A stretch of 63,820 bases of DNA, the filler included, from Octopus bimaculoides (lineage: Eukaryota): the NCBI RefSeq assembly GCF_001194135.2. It is 5 parts of 4 records of this genome, joined end to end, with 100 filler letters (N's around TTAATTAATTAA, not from the genome) between each part and the next. Parts side by side here need not be neighbours in the genome. Positions count along the whole stretch, not along the records: positions 1 to 15,448 come from NC_069005.1; positions 15,549 to 32,004 come from NC_068995.1; 3 more parts are not named here. The stretch is one strand, 5' to 3'. The translations under genes and the position numbers were made by a program. Below, piece by piece: positions 12,181 to 25,296 of this stretch (positions are counted from its first letter, which is position 1; the number at the start of each line of letters is the position of its first letter). A model generated the notes under the pieces. The model was not told the DNA's origin and did no database searches. It worked only from the letters and a program-made list of their open reading frames with translations.

Positions 12181-12598
12181 AGAGGCATGGCTGTGTGGTA
12201 AGAAGCTTGCTTCACAACCACGTAGTTCCAGGTTCAGTCCCACTGCATGGCACCTTGGGTAAGTGTCTTCTACTATAGCCTTGGGCCAACCAAAGCCATG
12301 TGAGTGGATTTAGTAGACAGAAACTGAAAGAAGACCGTCATATATATATATATATATAACATTTATATATGTGTGTTTGCCCCCCCCCCCCCCNNNNNNN
12401 NNNNNNCCCCCCCCACCACCATCATCGCTAGAGAACTGATGTTGGTGAGTTTACATCCCTGTAACTTAGCAGTTCGGCAAAAGAGTCCGATTGAATAAGT
12501 GCTGGTGTTACAAAGAATAAGTCCCGGGGTCGATTTGTTCAACTAAAGGTGGTGCTCCAGCATGGCTGCAGTCAAACGACTAAAACAAGTGAAAGAAT
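12181..12598 (+). mobile_element. SINE family A, full length
   Basis: GGCATGGCTGTGTGGTAAGAAG to GACTAAAACAAGTGAAAGAAT, with internal (TA)n and poly-C. Confidence 0.85.
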
Positions 12599-13451
12599 AT
12601 ACATACATACGCAAGCACAAGAGTGATTGTGTATAGATGCAGGTACAGCCGTACCTGCATGGGGTCTAGGTAAGGCTGAGGGTCTAGGGTTCAGGATTCA
12701 GTGCCACTGTGTGGTACCTTTTGGCAAGGCTCTTCTATTATAGCCTTGGGCTGAACAAACTTTGTGAGTGGATGTGGTAAACGCAAACACAAACATGCTC
12801 TGTGTGTGTGTGTGTTCCTATTTCCCTTGTCTTCACAAGTGTTTACCTACAAGTTTATAAAACAATGGTCTCGGTCATCAACAGTGTTGTTTTGTTTACA
12901 GTCCCCTGTGAAAAACATTGCACAGGTTTCCCAACGCATCTCGACATGTCACACAATCTTTCTAAACAAAGGAGTCATTCATACAGGTGTCGGCGTCCTA
13001 CGCTCCTAGTTCTCTGCATAAGACATCTCCAGGCTCTTTGTTCTTCAACAGACTGAGAGATTTCTATCGTGCATGGAAACAGGTGAAGGTTGGCCTCAGG
13101 AAGGGCAGATGGATACAGAACACTGCCCTAACATACTTTAGTCTGACCCATGTAAGTACAGAAAAAACAGTATAAAAGAACAGAAATGGGGTTTCTACTC
13201 ACACAACATCTGGAACTAACCGCGTTGGATTTACAGTTTACATCAGATCTGGTAGGTGATGTTTCAATGATCTGAAGAGCTAGCCTTGTACATCTGCACT
13301 GGTTTGTAAAATGTACAATAGTACTGTGCAATCTATAACGTACACACTAGTGCAGACAAGTAAAATAATCTATTATTATACAGTGGGACTGAACCTGTAA
13401 CCATGTGGTTTGGAAGCAAGCTTCTTACAACATAGCCATGTCTGTGCCTAT

Positions 13452-13483
<32 letters not shown>

Positions 13484-13582
13484 CTGTGTGTGCGTATAAA
13501 TATATGTGTATATATATATATGTATATACATTTATATGAGTATATATATATATATAGTTGTGTACATATATACATATGTATG

Positions 13583-13616
<34 letters not shown>

Positions 13617-13791
13617 TACATACAACCATATGAAATATGCACGTACAATACATACATATAATGGCATATATGATGGAAAAAGCAAGGACAAAGAAGTGCC
13701 AATACACACACACACACAGAGAGTGTATTTGTTAATTAAGTTAGACCTCTGCTGGGAAGGACTGGTCTGTTTTTATCTGAGACAGGCAGGA

Positions 13792-13844
<53 letters not shown>

Positions 13845-14312
13845 NNNNNNNNNNNNNNNNNNNNNNNNNNNNNNNNNNNNNNNNNNNNNNNNNNNNNNNN
13901 NNNNNNNNNNNNNNNNNNNNNNNNNNNNNNNNNNNNNNNNNNNNNNNNNNNNNNNNNNNNNNNNNNNNNNNNNNNNNNNNNNNNNNNNNNNNNNNNNNNN
14001 NNNNNNNNNNNNNNNNNNNNNNNNNNNNNNNNNNNNNNNNNNNNNNNNNNNNNNNNNNNNNNNNNNNNNNNNNNNNNNNNNNNNNNNNNNNNNNNNNNNN
14101 NNNNNNNNNNNNNNNNNNNNNNNNNNNNNNNNNNNNNNNNNNNNNNNNNNNNNNNNNNNNNNNNNNNNNNNNNNNNNNNNNNNNNNNNNNNNNNNNNNNN
14201 NNNNNNNNNNNNNNNNNNNNNNNNNNNNNNNNNNNNNNNNNNNNNNNNNNNNNNNNNNNNNNNNNNNNNNNNNNNNNNNNNNNNNNNNNNNNNNNNNNNN
14301 NNNNNNNNNNNN

Positions 14313-14355
<43 letters not shown>

Positions 14356-15448
14356 CATACATACATATGTGTATATCTATACATACATACATATACACAT
14401 ATATGCATGTAAGAATGAGAATGAAAACAAGTCTATGGAGTGTGTAGGAGAAAGAGAGAGAGAGTCAGTGGTGTGTGATGTGTACATGTGCATTTATACA
14501 TATATAAGAGTGTGCATATATATGTGTGTGTGCGTGTGGCTGTGTGAGCATATCTGGCTACACACACAGACACACACTCACGCGTGCGAGTGAGCATGCA
14601 TGTACACACACACACACACACACACTTGTATTGAGTTTGCATGCTGAAGGGTCATAAAGAAGAGAAACTCCCATGAAACCCTGATCTTCCCCTTCCTATA
14701 CTCCGCCCCCACCCCTACACCCCTACACCAAGTCCACCTTCTCCCCTACCCACTCACCCCGCACACATATATACACACACACACCTTGTGAAGAAGGACT
14801 GGTCTACTTGCGGTCTTACGAGGAGGGGTGTACAGGTCTCTTCTTTGTGGTGTTGGTTGAGAAAGGTTGGGGGGGGGGGTAGAGGGGGTGCATGGAAGGA
14901 GTAGCGGTTGTAGGAGATTAATGGAAAGACAGGTAGGTATGGGTGCACGTATATGTGTGTGTGGGTGCATATGTGTGTATGTGTGGGTGCATATGCAGTG
15001 TGTGTGTGTGTACACACGGCTGTGTCTGCATATGTATGTGTATATATGTGTGTGTGTGTGTGCATGAGTGTATGCTTGTTGTGTGAATGAAACAGGGCTT
15101 CTGTCTGTTGCGTGTTTGTGTGTAGTGGTGTTTGTAGGCATTTATGTGTTTGCATGCATGCCTGTATGTGTGTGTGTGTGTATATATATATATATGCATG
15201 TGCACACACACACACACATATATATATATACACACACACACTCACACACGTGTGTTTGTGTGTGCACGTGTGTGTCCATTTTACATTTGTGTTCCTGTGT
15301 CTACACATGTCACAGTGTGTGTGTGAGATATATAGAGAGAGGGACAGAGAGAGATAGACAGAAATAAGAAGGTATAGACGGGGAGGAAGAGAAAGAGAGA
15401 GAGCATGATGTAGGTGGGGGTGGAGGAGGAGGAGGAGGAGGTGGTGGA

Positions 15449-15548
15449 NNNNNNNNNNNNNNNNNNNNNNNNNNNNNNNNNNNNNNNNNNNNTTAATTAA
15501 TTAANNNNNNNNNNNNNNNNNNNNNNNNNNNNNNNNNNNNNNNNNNNN
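15449..15548. other. Artificial 100-bp scaffold spacer (44N-TTAATTAATTAA-44N)
   Basis: Identical layout at 32005, 57740 and 62553; the 12-mer has stops in all six frames. Confidence 0.9.
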
Positions 15549-15811
15549 TATCATAGTAGGTGCCTTAGGTATAATAAAAAAATATTCAGACAAATACATA
15601 ACAAAAACACCAGGACTTACAAATATATATACAGAAAATTGCACTACTGGGTACTGCACACATTCTACGCAAAACACTTTCAATACAGTAAACATAAGAG
15701 CACCACAGCAAACCACAGCACATACCCAAGGCGCGCAGAGCTGCGCTCGGTAGTGAAGTGAAAGCACGTTATAAAAATAAAACTACTGAACAATAATAAT
15801 AATAATAATAA
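15549..15811 (+). mobile_element. R4/Dong-type RLE LINE 3' end (lineage A) with (AAT)n tail
   Basis: IIVGALGIIKK...QKIALLGTAHILRKTLSIQ* (TAA 15689-15691), 3' UTR, then AAT repeats. Confidence 0.8.
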
Positions 15812-15842
15812 CAAGACCGAACTTTCTGAAATGTAAAACAAC

Positions 15843-16960
15843 AACAGCAATAGTAATAAATCTGAAAACTGATATCAACCGGCTGTACTTGAGGAGAGAG
15901 CAAGGTGAAAGAGGCTTAATAGCAGTAGAAGAATGTGTACAGATGGAAAGAGAATGTCTAGTAGAGTATTTACAGAGCAGCACAGAAAGACTACTAAAGG
16001 TAGTTAATAAAGAACAGGTGATGAAGTGTGTAATGGGAGAAAAGGACGAGAATGAAATACAAGGGGATCACGTCAGACAAATCGAAGAGAAACCTCTGCA
16101 TGGCCAATTTTGGAGAGCTACTGAAGATAGATGTGGAATAAAATCCTGGGCCTGGTTAAAAAAGGGGAAATTAAAAAAAGAAACAGAGAGTCTAATAATA
16201 ACAGCCCAAGATCAAGCGATAAAAACAAACAACTTGAGAAAAAGTATATATGGAGGAAATGTAACAGAGATATATAGAGCCTGGAATGAGAGAGTGCCAC
16301 ACATTGTGACAGAATGAGTTTTAAGTTGGCGCAGGAAGAATACAACAAGTGGAGGAACGTCCACGTTGTAGAAGTTTTACAGTGGAAACTGTGCCAGAAG
16401 TGGGGATTGAAGCTGGAAATACATGATACAATCGTCGTGTCGAAAGAATACTGGAGTCAGAGAAATGTAAGATTTTGTGGGGCTTTCCTATTCAAACGGA
16501 CAAGAAATTAGAAAATAATAGACCAGACATATCGATTATAGATAAGAGCGAAGTTGCTTACTTATCGACCCATCATTCCCCTTTGATTTCATGATCGTAA
16601 AGAAAGAGGAAGAAAAACAAGAAAATTCAATCCCTTAAACTTTGAAATAGGAAGAATTTGGAGCATGCAAACAGTAAAGGTTGTACTGTAATATTTGGTG
16701 CGTTGGGAACAGTAATCCAAAATATAGACAAATGGCTGAAGGAGATTGGAATGGAATACCCTGTAGAGTTCCTATAGGAAGTTTGTCTCTTATGGAGAGC
16801 AGGGATTATCAGGAGGGTTCTAAGCACTTGAAAGACTGCTGAAAACTTGTGGATACCTAAGGTTACAGGTACTAACTCCCTATCCACATAATTCCTACCA
16901 GGAATAAGACCGAACCTGAGCCAAACCAAAGTAATAATGAAGATGATGATGATGATGATG
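15843..16960 (+). mobile_element. R4/Dong-type RLE LINE, 5'-truncated and decayed (lineage B)
   Basis: DINRLYLRREQGERGLI, KPLHGQFWR, LKKETESLIITAQDQAIKTN, RPDISII, IFGALG, C-terminal LWRAGIIRRVLST*. Confidence 0.85.
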
Positions 16961-17073
16961 ATGATGACGACGACGACGTTGANNNNNNNNNNGAATAAGA
17001 CCGAACCTGAGCCAAACCAAAGTAATAATGAAGATGATGATGATGATGATGATGATGACGACGACGACGTTGA

Positions 17074-17175
17074 AAAAAAAAGTTGAAAAACTACAACTCC
17101 TTAAAAATTGAGATTACGAGCATGTGGAGTATGAAATCTGTAAAGACTGTACCGCATTAGGTACTGTGAGCGATG
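17074..17175 (+). mobile_element. R4/Dong-type RLE C-terminal scrap
   Basis: KLKNYNSLKIEITSMWSMKSVKTVP..ALGTV. Confidence 0.5.
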
Positions 17176-17379
17176 AAATAAACAGTAGACAAAGGAGATG
17201 GAATGGAATGTCCTGTACACTTGAGAACGTTTTCCTCTTAGGAGTAGCAACAAGATCATCGGAAGAGTACTTACTTGATATCTTAATATGGATATGTAAG
17301 GTTACAAGTAGTAACCCACTGCCCACACAAATTCAACCAATCCTGAGTCAAGAAGATAATAATGATAACCATAGATTTA

Positions 17380-19290
17380 TTACATGCCTTACATGACAAA
17401 CAAAACTTTGAAATTAATATACAACCACCACCATTCCACAAGAACCAAAATACGGGTGTAAAGATCAACTGATGTTTAACATAATGGTACTAGAAAATTG
17501 AGTACTACATGGATTGATTACCGAAACGCTTTTGATAGTGTTCCCCATTAATGGATTATGAAAACAAGAGGGACATACATCTCTCGATCAATTTTTAGCT
17601 CTATTCGACATGTTATCACAAAACAGACAGCCCTCTTTAAAGCCTGCTGTGACGGAGTCGTGCAATTAAGCAAAATCAAAATATACGTTGGAATTTTCCA
17701 AAGTGAATCTTTTGTCTAATATGATACTCTTTTCACTTTCTAATCAACTGAGTAACAACGGGTATGTATAGAAACTAACAAACTGTAACAGCTTCGAAAA
17801 CAATCACTTATTCTTTATGGATGACCTGAAACTATATACTAGAATTATCTTGACTCAAGAATTTTAACAACTGTGAAGCAGTTTAACAATATAGGAAAGG
17901 AATTTGGACTTGAGAAGTGGGCAAATGCGATTTGAAGATGAGAAAATTCGTTTCAATATCATCCATCAAACTTGACATAAACACCACTAAACAAGAAGTG
18001 TTTTTTTAGGGTAATTATAAATATCTAAGTATACACAAGAATAAATGAAGTCAACATACTTAAATAAACGAAAAGCTCTGAAATAGCTATTATGGAAGAC
18101 TAAGACTGGTTCTGAAAACTGAGCTCAATTCTAAAATTTGTAGTGCAGTTGTCATCAGCTTAACTCTACCTGAAATGAAAAACAGGTTTCAATATCAACT
18201 AGTCATGGCCGTGTAGTAAGAAGCCTGCTTCCCAACCACATGGTTCCGGGTTCAGTCCCACTACGCTGCACCCTGGGCTACTGTTTTCTACCTCGGGCCA
18301 ACCAACACCTTGCAAGTGGATTTAGTAGACGGGATCTGAAAGAATCCCATTGTATGTGTGTGTGTGTGTGTGTATTTCTCCACCCATCCTTCATCATCGC
18401 TTGACAACCGGCGTTAGTGAGTTTACGTCCCCGTAACTTAGCTGTTCGGCAAAAGATACCGATAGAATAAGTACTAGGCTTTAAAAAATAAGTCCTGAGG
18501 TTGATTTGTTCGACTACAACCCTTCAAGGCGGTGCTCCAGGATGGCCGCAGTCAAATGACTGAACAAGTAAAAGAATAAAAGAATAAAAGACTAATATAT
18601 CTGACCTTCAGAGAATGGAAGGAAAACATGGAAATTTTTCACTGCAAATAAAATGTATCGCATTAAGTCAGATATTGACCATCTCTAACTGCCGAAAAAA
18701 GTAGGTGCAAGAGGACTCATCAACTTCAATTCTCCAATTAAACAGCTACAAATGGCTTGTTAAGATATTTAAACTAAACCAGAGATTGATTGCTTGTATT
18801 AGTAAAAGACCACGAAAACAAGACTCTATTCCGTAAAGGGAAATATGGAAGTTATCTAAGAATAGGAAACAGAAATTGCAAATGAAGCTAACCAACTGAC
18901 AGCGAAGGCAGCTAGGCAGCTAGAATCCAAAGGACTAAAGCAAATAGTAAAATAGAAAAAATACTTTGCAAGGCCAATATCTACTTCGCACCAAGGGTGA
19001 CGATGTTGACCATCCATACCCCTGTGAGTAGCTGCAAAGCTCAAGGTTAAAACCTAAACCGGAGGGATTTATCCTGGATGCACCAGACCAGAGTTTATTT
19101 ACAACAAAATATCAGGCAAACATCCTTACAAATGGAACAAACCCAAAAGGCAGGATATGTGAGGAACAAGTCGAAACAATAGATCAAATAGTTTCAGAGT
19201 GCTCCACATTGACTCTGAAATATAAAGCTGGGCATGGTCGGATTGGCTAATACATATTCACTAGACATTATGTAAGCGTTACACTGCACA
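17380..19290 (+). mobile_element. R4/Dong-type LINE reverse-transcriptase region, decayed and SINE-interrupted
   Basis: WIDYRNAFDSVPH, GIFQSES, NHLFFMDDLKLY, YKYLSI, LKTELNSK, EGFILDAPDQSL, zinc-knuckle remnant ICEEQVETIDQIVSEC. Confidence 0.85.
18201..18590 (+). mobile_element. SINE family A, full length, nested in the RLE LINE
   Basis: Complete head-to-tail copy; the LINE frame resumes afterwards (NISDLQRME). Confidence 0.85.
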
Positions 19291-19698
19291 CAAGCCTCTA
19301 GAGGCGTCAGTCAGCATGATATTATAGTTAAAACTTGTAGAAATATAATATTCCTATTCATTGAGATGTCTATATCATTTAATAAAAGTATGTCTGCTAA
19401 ACAGTATGATAAATTTGCGAGGTTATTGGCACATTCCCCCTTGTGTTTGCATTCAGAACAACAACAACAATAACAATAATAATAGCAATAATAATGATAA
19501 TTTTTCTTTAGTAACCACTGAGGGTCCATATAAAAGATTTGGGACAGTACAGGACAATACATAATAGAGTTGGATTGAATCGTGTAAAGAAAGAATAACA
19601 ATAAAAATATAATTAAGAAATCCCCAAAAGAGGGAGAATTCCAAGGGCTGCTTGTGGAAATCCTACATGTGCCCTCTCCATTTTTTCTACCCTCGATC

Positions 19699-22600
19699 TA
19701 GAAGTGCATGCTTACAGTAAGTCCGTTCACTCGGGCCATTCGCACTGCATTCTCCCACCTTTTAACAAAATTGCTCTACTCTCACTTTCCTTTTCAAGTA
19801 AAAAAAAGTTGATGAGGGTTTCACCAAATAGGGAAGTGTCTGTCTTCAGCCCTTTCAACCTGGTCCATCACACAACCTTTTTCGCTGAGGGCACCAAAGA
19901 AGCACTGCCTGCTTTGCTGGTCGAAGGAAGACGGCAGGGTGTTCTTCACGATAGACTCAGCTGATAGCCGGACATGTACTACAAGTAACAGCCGGTGTTA
20001 GGCATAAACCCACAAGTCAGCAATGTTCGGGCAATGGAAGAAAGCTGCAGAAGTTTCGTCGCTCTGCACACACCTCGGGTAAAACCAGCTAACGGCATAT
20101 CCGTGCCTGTAGAGTTTATTCCGAACCGGCAATACTCCCCGGTAGCTCTGCCAGGCCAGAGAATTCTGGAAGTTATCCATGTGCCCCGGACCGAATGTCT
20201 TCCGAAACAGACTAGCCAATTCATTCTCATCGACGTCCAGAGTTTCCCCAAGAATGCTGTCACACTTGCCCGCCACTAGCCCTTTATATGCCACCTGAGT
20301 GGAACTCCCACCGACCTCATTGCCACACTGAGAGAGAACTGTGAGTGTCTGACGATATTCTAGGTATCAGGCACCTGTCTCGGTCTACGCTTGATCCAGG
20401 ACTGCAGCTGAGACAAAGAAACAAGCAGTGGAAAATCGCGTCTGACAAACGGTGACTTCATCTGCTCACCGTCTAGGAAGCTCTGGAGATGTCGCAGCCT
20501 CAACGCATGTCTGCGCATCGGCAGCGACAGTATGCCCAGCCTTCCATTCAGCGGATGTTGACAGCAAATGAAACGTCTGGCCAGTGGAACACGCCCTTTC
20601 CGCAGCAAATGAAAGAGTAGGCGCACCAATTTGGTTAGATGTTAACTGAGACAACGCACAGCGGTCAAGCAACGTTATATGGCGGAGGCGATGTATGCAT
20701 TCGCCACATCTACCCGAGCTTTCAGGGATGGCTTTCTCTCAACCCGTTTCTGGGTGAGATTGGCATCCCAATTCGTCACCTTGGCCCAGTTCTTCTCTAC
20801 CTGGTGAACTGGATCATACGAGACTCCGAGCAATTGAACCGATCCTTCCGTCTATCGTCCCACGACGCTGTTGGAAGACATGGACCTGCCTCTCCAGATA
20901 CCGAGCTGCAGGCTCACTGACTTCTGGTTAATTTTTGCTCCTGTCACTGCCTCGTATTTTTTAGAGCAATACCGACACGCTTTTTGTGCCTGCTGTTCAC
21001 ATTATGACGGTGAAGTCTGCGTATACTGACACGGCTCTCCCACGTCCTAATTCGCACGGGATGCCTCTAAACGCGTCCAATGTCCACTGTAATGACTCAA
21101 GAGCCAGTACATACAGAAGAGACGAGAGGGAACACCCTTGATGGACTGAACGCATGATGTTGAATGGTTCCGATAGGTAACCATACACCCAAACTACCGA
21201 GGAAATGTCGCTGTACATTACAACGATCCAGCTACAGAAAACGGGACCGAAACCGGTCGCCGTTCTCAAGTATTGTCGACTCTATCGAAAGCTTTAGATT
21301 GATCTTAATTGATCAAGGCCCAATCTATGCCAGATAACTTACCCACTCTGTCTATGAAGTATCGCATGGGGTGGAGGTTATCGAGGACGGATCTTAGCTA
21401 AAATTTTAAAATCTACTTTCAGCAGCGTTATGGGCCTAAAATTTTCAATTTGATCCTCCATTGTTTGTGTCCCTTTTTAGCAGTGCCACTGCTCCTCGAC
21501 TCACAGAATTGGTAATTCTCCCATTTTGTTGTCAGTTGCAGTAGATATCTGCTAAAAGGTTGCCAAACACGTCTGGCATATAAAAGTAAAACTCATAAAG
21601 TAGACCGTTTAAACCCGGGCGATTTCCCCGCCCCCCGTGCAACTCGTCATCGCGTATTGCGTTTCCGCGGCTGTTATCGGCATTTCGCAACACTCCGCTT
21701 CACTTACCGAGAGTCGTCGAAGTAAACACTGAAGCCCATCCTGCGTTCCGGACTGCCATTGATCGCAAACAGTTGTGTGACGATCTTCTGAAACGCTGCA
21801 CACATCTGCTTGGGCTTAAGTACCATGCACCCATTTTGGTCCACCAAAGACCGAATTGTGGTTTTCTATCTACGTTACATCTCTTCCACTTGCGCCAATC
21901 GAGCGGCTTTCGTTCCCTCTCGTCTTAGAGCATGCACCTTAGCTCTGACAATGCATCTTTTGTGCTCAGCATTGAAGAACTGGTCCAGGGCAAATGTTCC
22001 GGCCAGCACGTCGGTTGCAATGTCTTTCCTAAGCGCCTCTTCTGAGATTCTAACAAAATTCCCTTCTATTTTATTCCTTTCAATCTCTAATACCTTACTG
22101 AACCTTACTGATTCTATTCTAATTGCCCTTTTCAAGGCAAGCCACTATTTGTTGTCGATTGCCCCCGTCAACGCCCGCTTAACTAATCTGGTCTCTGTAA
22201 GCTTGGTAAGCCGGGAGAATTCTACATTCGTATCCGTTTCGGTAGCAGAAGAATTCCACCCTGTCTCTGACCCACCGCGCGCTCTATACAGTTTGGCAAA
22301 GTGCCGCTGAAATACCGCACACATGTACTTGAATTCGCGTAGCAAGAGTCCGTCTCTGCTTGTCAAAGACCGAGTTGTGGGTTTGTTGCTGCGTCGAACC
22401 TCCACCATCCGGGCCAATAGGTTTGTTGAGCAAGCGACTGTGTCTCCAGGGTGATCCCAGCCCACGAACCTTTATACAACCCACTCTTAAACCCGCCAAC
22501 TTGATGGAAAAGCGTTCGGAGAAGAAAATAAAGGTGACTACTTCTGCGTTGGATGTCAACTGGTTTGACCAACATATCCTTTGGGAACCTCCTTAAAAGA

Positions 22601-22740
22601 TTACTCCTGGCTTTTTCATTAGGGGTTCCCACGCCGTGAGGGAACCTCTCCCTGATGCTTTTACAGGTTTCCATCGACATACGTACTCTCACCAGTATTT
22701 CTGGCCCTTGAAAAGTGTTGGTGCAGAAGACCAAACCCCC
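19699..22740 (-). mobile_element. Tx1/L1-clade LINE ORF2 remnant (linker, RT, C-terminal zinc-binding region); endonuclease not visible
   Basis: NFRPITL, RSVHQGCSLSSLLYVLALE, VYADF (YADD), WQSYRGVLPVRNKL.RHG...PRCVQSDET..FFHCP, C-terminal FVKRWENAVRMARV; many stops and frameshifts. Confidence 0.85.
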
Positions 22741-22755
22741 ATCTGTCTATCTCTT

Positions 22756-22794
<39 letters not shown>

Positions 22795-23071
22795 NNNNNN
22801 NNNNNNNNNNNNNNNNNNNNNNNNNNNNNNNNNNNNNNNNNNNNNNNNNNNNNNNNNNNNNNNNNNNNNNNNNNNNNNNNNNNNNNNNNNNNNNNNNNNN
22901 NNNNNNNNNNNNNNNNNNNNNNNNNNNNNNNNNNNNNNNNNNNNNNNNNNNNNNNNNNNNNNNNNNNNNNNNNNNNNNNNNNNNNNNNNNNNNNNNNNNN
23001 NNNNNNNNNNNNNNNNNNNNNNNNNNNNNNNNNNNNNNNNNNNNNNNNNNNNNNNNNNNNNNNNNNNNNNN

Positions 23072-23112
<41 letters not shown>

Positions 23113-23239
23113 TTGTCCATCTATCTATCTATCTACTTATCTATCTCTCTTCCTCTCTCTTCCCCTCTCTCTCTCTCTCTCTCTTTATCTATCTATCAAT
23201 TTATCTCTCTTCCTCTCTTTCCCTCCCCCTTCTCTCTCT

Positions 23240-24019
23240 CAATGTCCATACTTCATGCTATGAGGACTATCAATTCTTTGTTGTCCTCCTCACTAGCACG
23301 AAGTTTTGTGTCTGAGTGTTTTTTGTATCCGTTATTTCCCTTTCTTCAGATGAAAGTGCAGCTGATGCTTTTGCTGCTGGTGATGGTTTTGCTGCTGTTG
23401 TTGCTAGTGTTGGTGTTGTTCTAGCAGTTGCTAATTTTGCTGTACCTGTTATTAATGTTGCCGTTTTTGCCGGGGTTGGTGCCGCTTTTGTTGTTCGCTA
23501 TTGGTTTTGTTGGTGTGCCCTTTGGTGTTGTGCTCTTTGGTTGTTGGCTGTAAGTGATCCTATGGTTCTCTGTCTTCTGTCGAGAGAAGTGGCCATCTCC
23601 CCACTCAAGTGGAACTCTGTCCCTCAACTGTAACATGCAGCTCCTCCTCTGCCAGAAGGCGAATGAGGTCTGGGATCTTGTGGATAGATTCTGCTTTGTT
23701 GTGGAGTAAAGCTTCAACACTAATCCTAAATCCAGTTTTCACGACAGTTTCGCTTCACCTCCAGGATGCTGTTACTCACTTCCAAGACTGAGCATACTAA
23801 AATCCACCAGATATTCATCTTAGGTGGAATCTCTGAGATCTACACTCTTATCAAGTTTTTGGTGGCCAGAGCTTCTCTGCAACTGAAACCCGCAAATTGA
23901 TTGAGCCTCGCGATATGCTATATGTCGAACATTATGTCTTTCGGTGTTTCTTATACGTTTGTCTGACACGCTGTCTCTGGCCGTTTTGTGTTTATTGGAA
24001 AGCATTTATGTATTACTGT

Positions 24020-24079
<60 letters not shown>

Positions 24080-24824
24080 GCGCTCTCTCTCTCTCTCTCT
24101 CTCTGTATTTCTGCCAATACATTGCGGGAGAGGGATGACTATGTCAGCCCATGAGTTTTCAAGTCTCATCAGTTTAGGCCACCTGAGCCAGAGGTATATT
24201 TTTTCTAAAATGTTCATACTAAACAGTTCAGTTCCTTTTGCAGCCATTCCTGCAAATGTACTGTTGTTGTTTCTATTGTTATTGTTGATATTGTTATTGT
24301 TATTCACGTTGATGCTGTTGCTATTTGTGTTGCTGTGGTNNNNNNNNNNGATATTGTTATTGTTATTCACGTTGATGCTGTTGCTATTTGTGTTGCTGTG
24401 GTTTTCTGTGTTACTATTGCTTTTGTTTTTCCTTCTGTCGTACTTTTTGTTGTTGCATTGGTGATGGTGGAGATGATGGTATTGGAGGTGGCCGTGTTCG
24501 TAGTAGTGTTGTTGTCGTTTTTATTTTATTTGTTTTTGTTTTTTGCTTTGTTGGTTGATGGTTTCAGTGTTGTCGCTTTCGTTGTTGGGAAGTCAATTTC
24601 ATAGTTGCAATTTAATTCTTCCGCTGTGTTGTTGTTGTTGTTATTGTTGCTGCTGCTACGACTGTTTCTTATCATGTGTACTCTATAGAACTTTGGACTT
24701 TGTGAATGTTCACTTTCCCTTCCATGTGAAGGCTAAGGACGAACGACTCTGATGCGTGTTGCAACTCTCTACTAAAGCAGCCTCTAACTTCTTCCATGAC
24801 ATTAGGCAAGGCAGACATCGCCAT
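23240..24824 (-). mobile_element. Tx1/L1-clade ORF1 remnants, split by simple repeats
   Basis: MAMSALPNVMEEVRGCF.., RTVIHKCF, IPPKMNIWWIL, IPDLIRL..LHVTVEG, decayed CCHC knuckle (G..GHFSR), Thr-rich tail; lies upstream of ORF2 on the same strand. Confidence 0.55.
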
Positions 24825-25042
24825 GTTTGTTATTAAAGAATTATATTTGAAAATCAAAATGAAAATTTTATTTTTAAATTTGAGCCCTCAAAGTGGTGGA
24901 AACAAATAAACAACGAGCCCCACATAATGCTGATGGCTTTGACAAACGTTTCGTAACAAAATTTCAATAATTTACACCTTTTGAAGACACAAATAGACAG
25001 ATAAGCTTATGTACAATATGACGCACGTGCATCCGCCACGAA

Positions 25043-25294
25043 TAATAATATTAATAAACCTTTCTACTATAAGCCTGAAATTAATAACCCTTTCTACTAT
25101 AAGACTGAAATTTTGTTGGAGAGGGGAATAGTCGATTACATCAACCCCGATGATTCATTGAGGCTTAATTTATCGACCCGAAAGAATGAAAGGCAAAGTC
25201 GACCACGGAGGAATTTGAACTCAGAACATAGCGACAGGCAAGATAACGCAAAGCATTTCATACAATGTGCTAACGATTCTGCCTGCTCACCGCC

Positions 25295-25296
<2 letters not shown>
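25043..25296 (-). mobile_element. tRNA-derived SINE family B, full length, in an (ATT)n tract
   Basis: GGCGGTGAGC.GGCAGAATCGTTAGC head, GAGTTCAAATTC box B, 3' end with a tandem duplication of about 29 bp. Confidence 0.85.

Noticed and set aside
12840-13300. Candidate small exons with plausible splice sites (12901-12985 on +, about 13215-13283 on -)
   Set aside because: Peptides unrecognisable, no partner exons, and such sites arise by chance in AT-rich DNA.
15813-16915. AAGACCGAAC near both ends of the RLE lineage B fragment, as a possible TSD
   Set aside because: Only about 10 bp, and the right copy lies inside the 3' UTR before the tail.
16900-17072. Tandem duplications across 10-N gaps (also 24289-24400 and 60284-60400)
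   Set aside because: Identical sequence on both sides of a fixed 10-N gap indicates unmerged contig overlaps, not real duplications.
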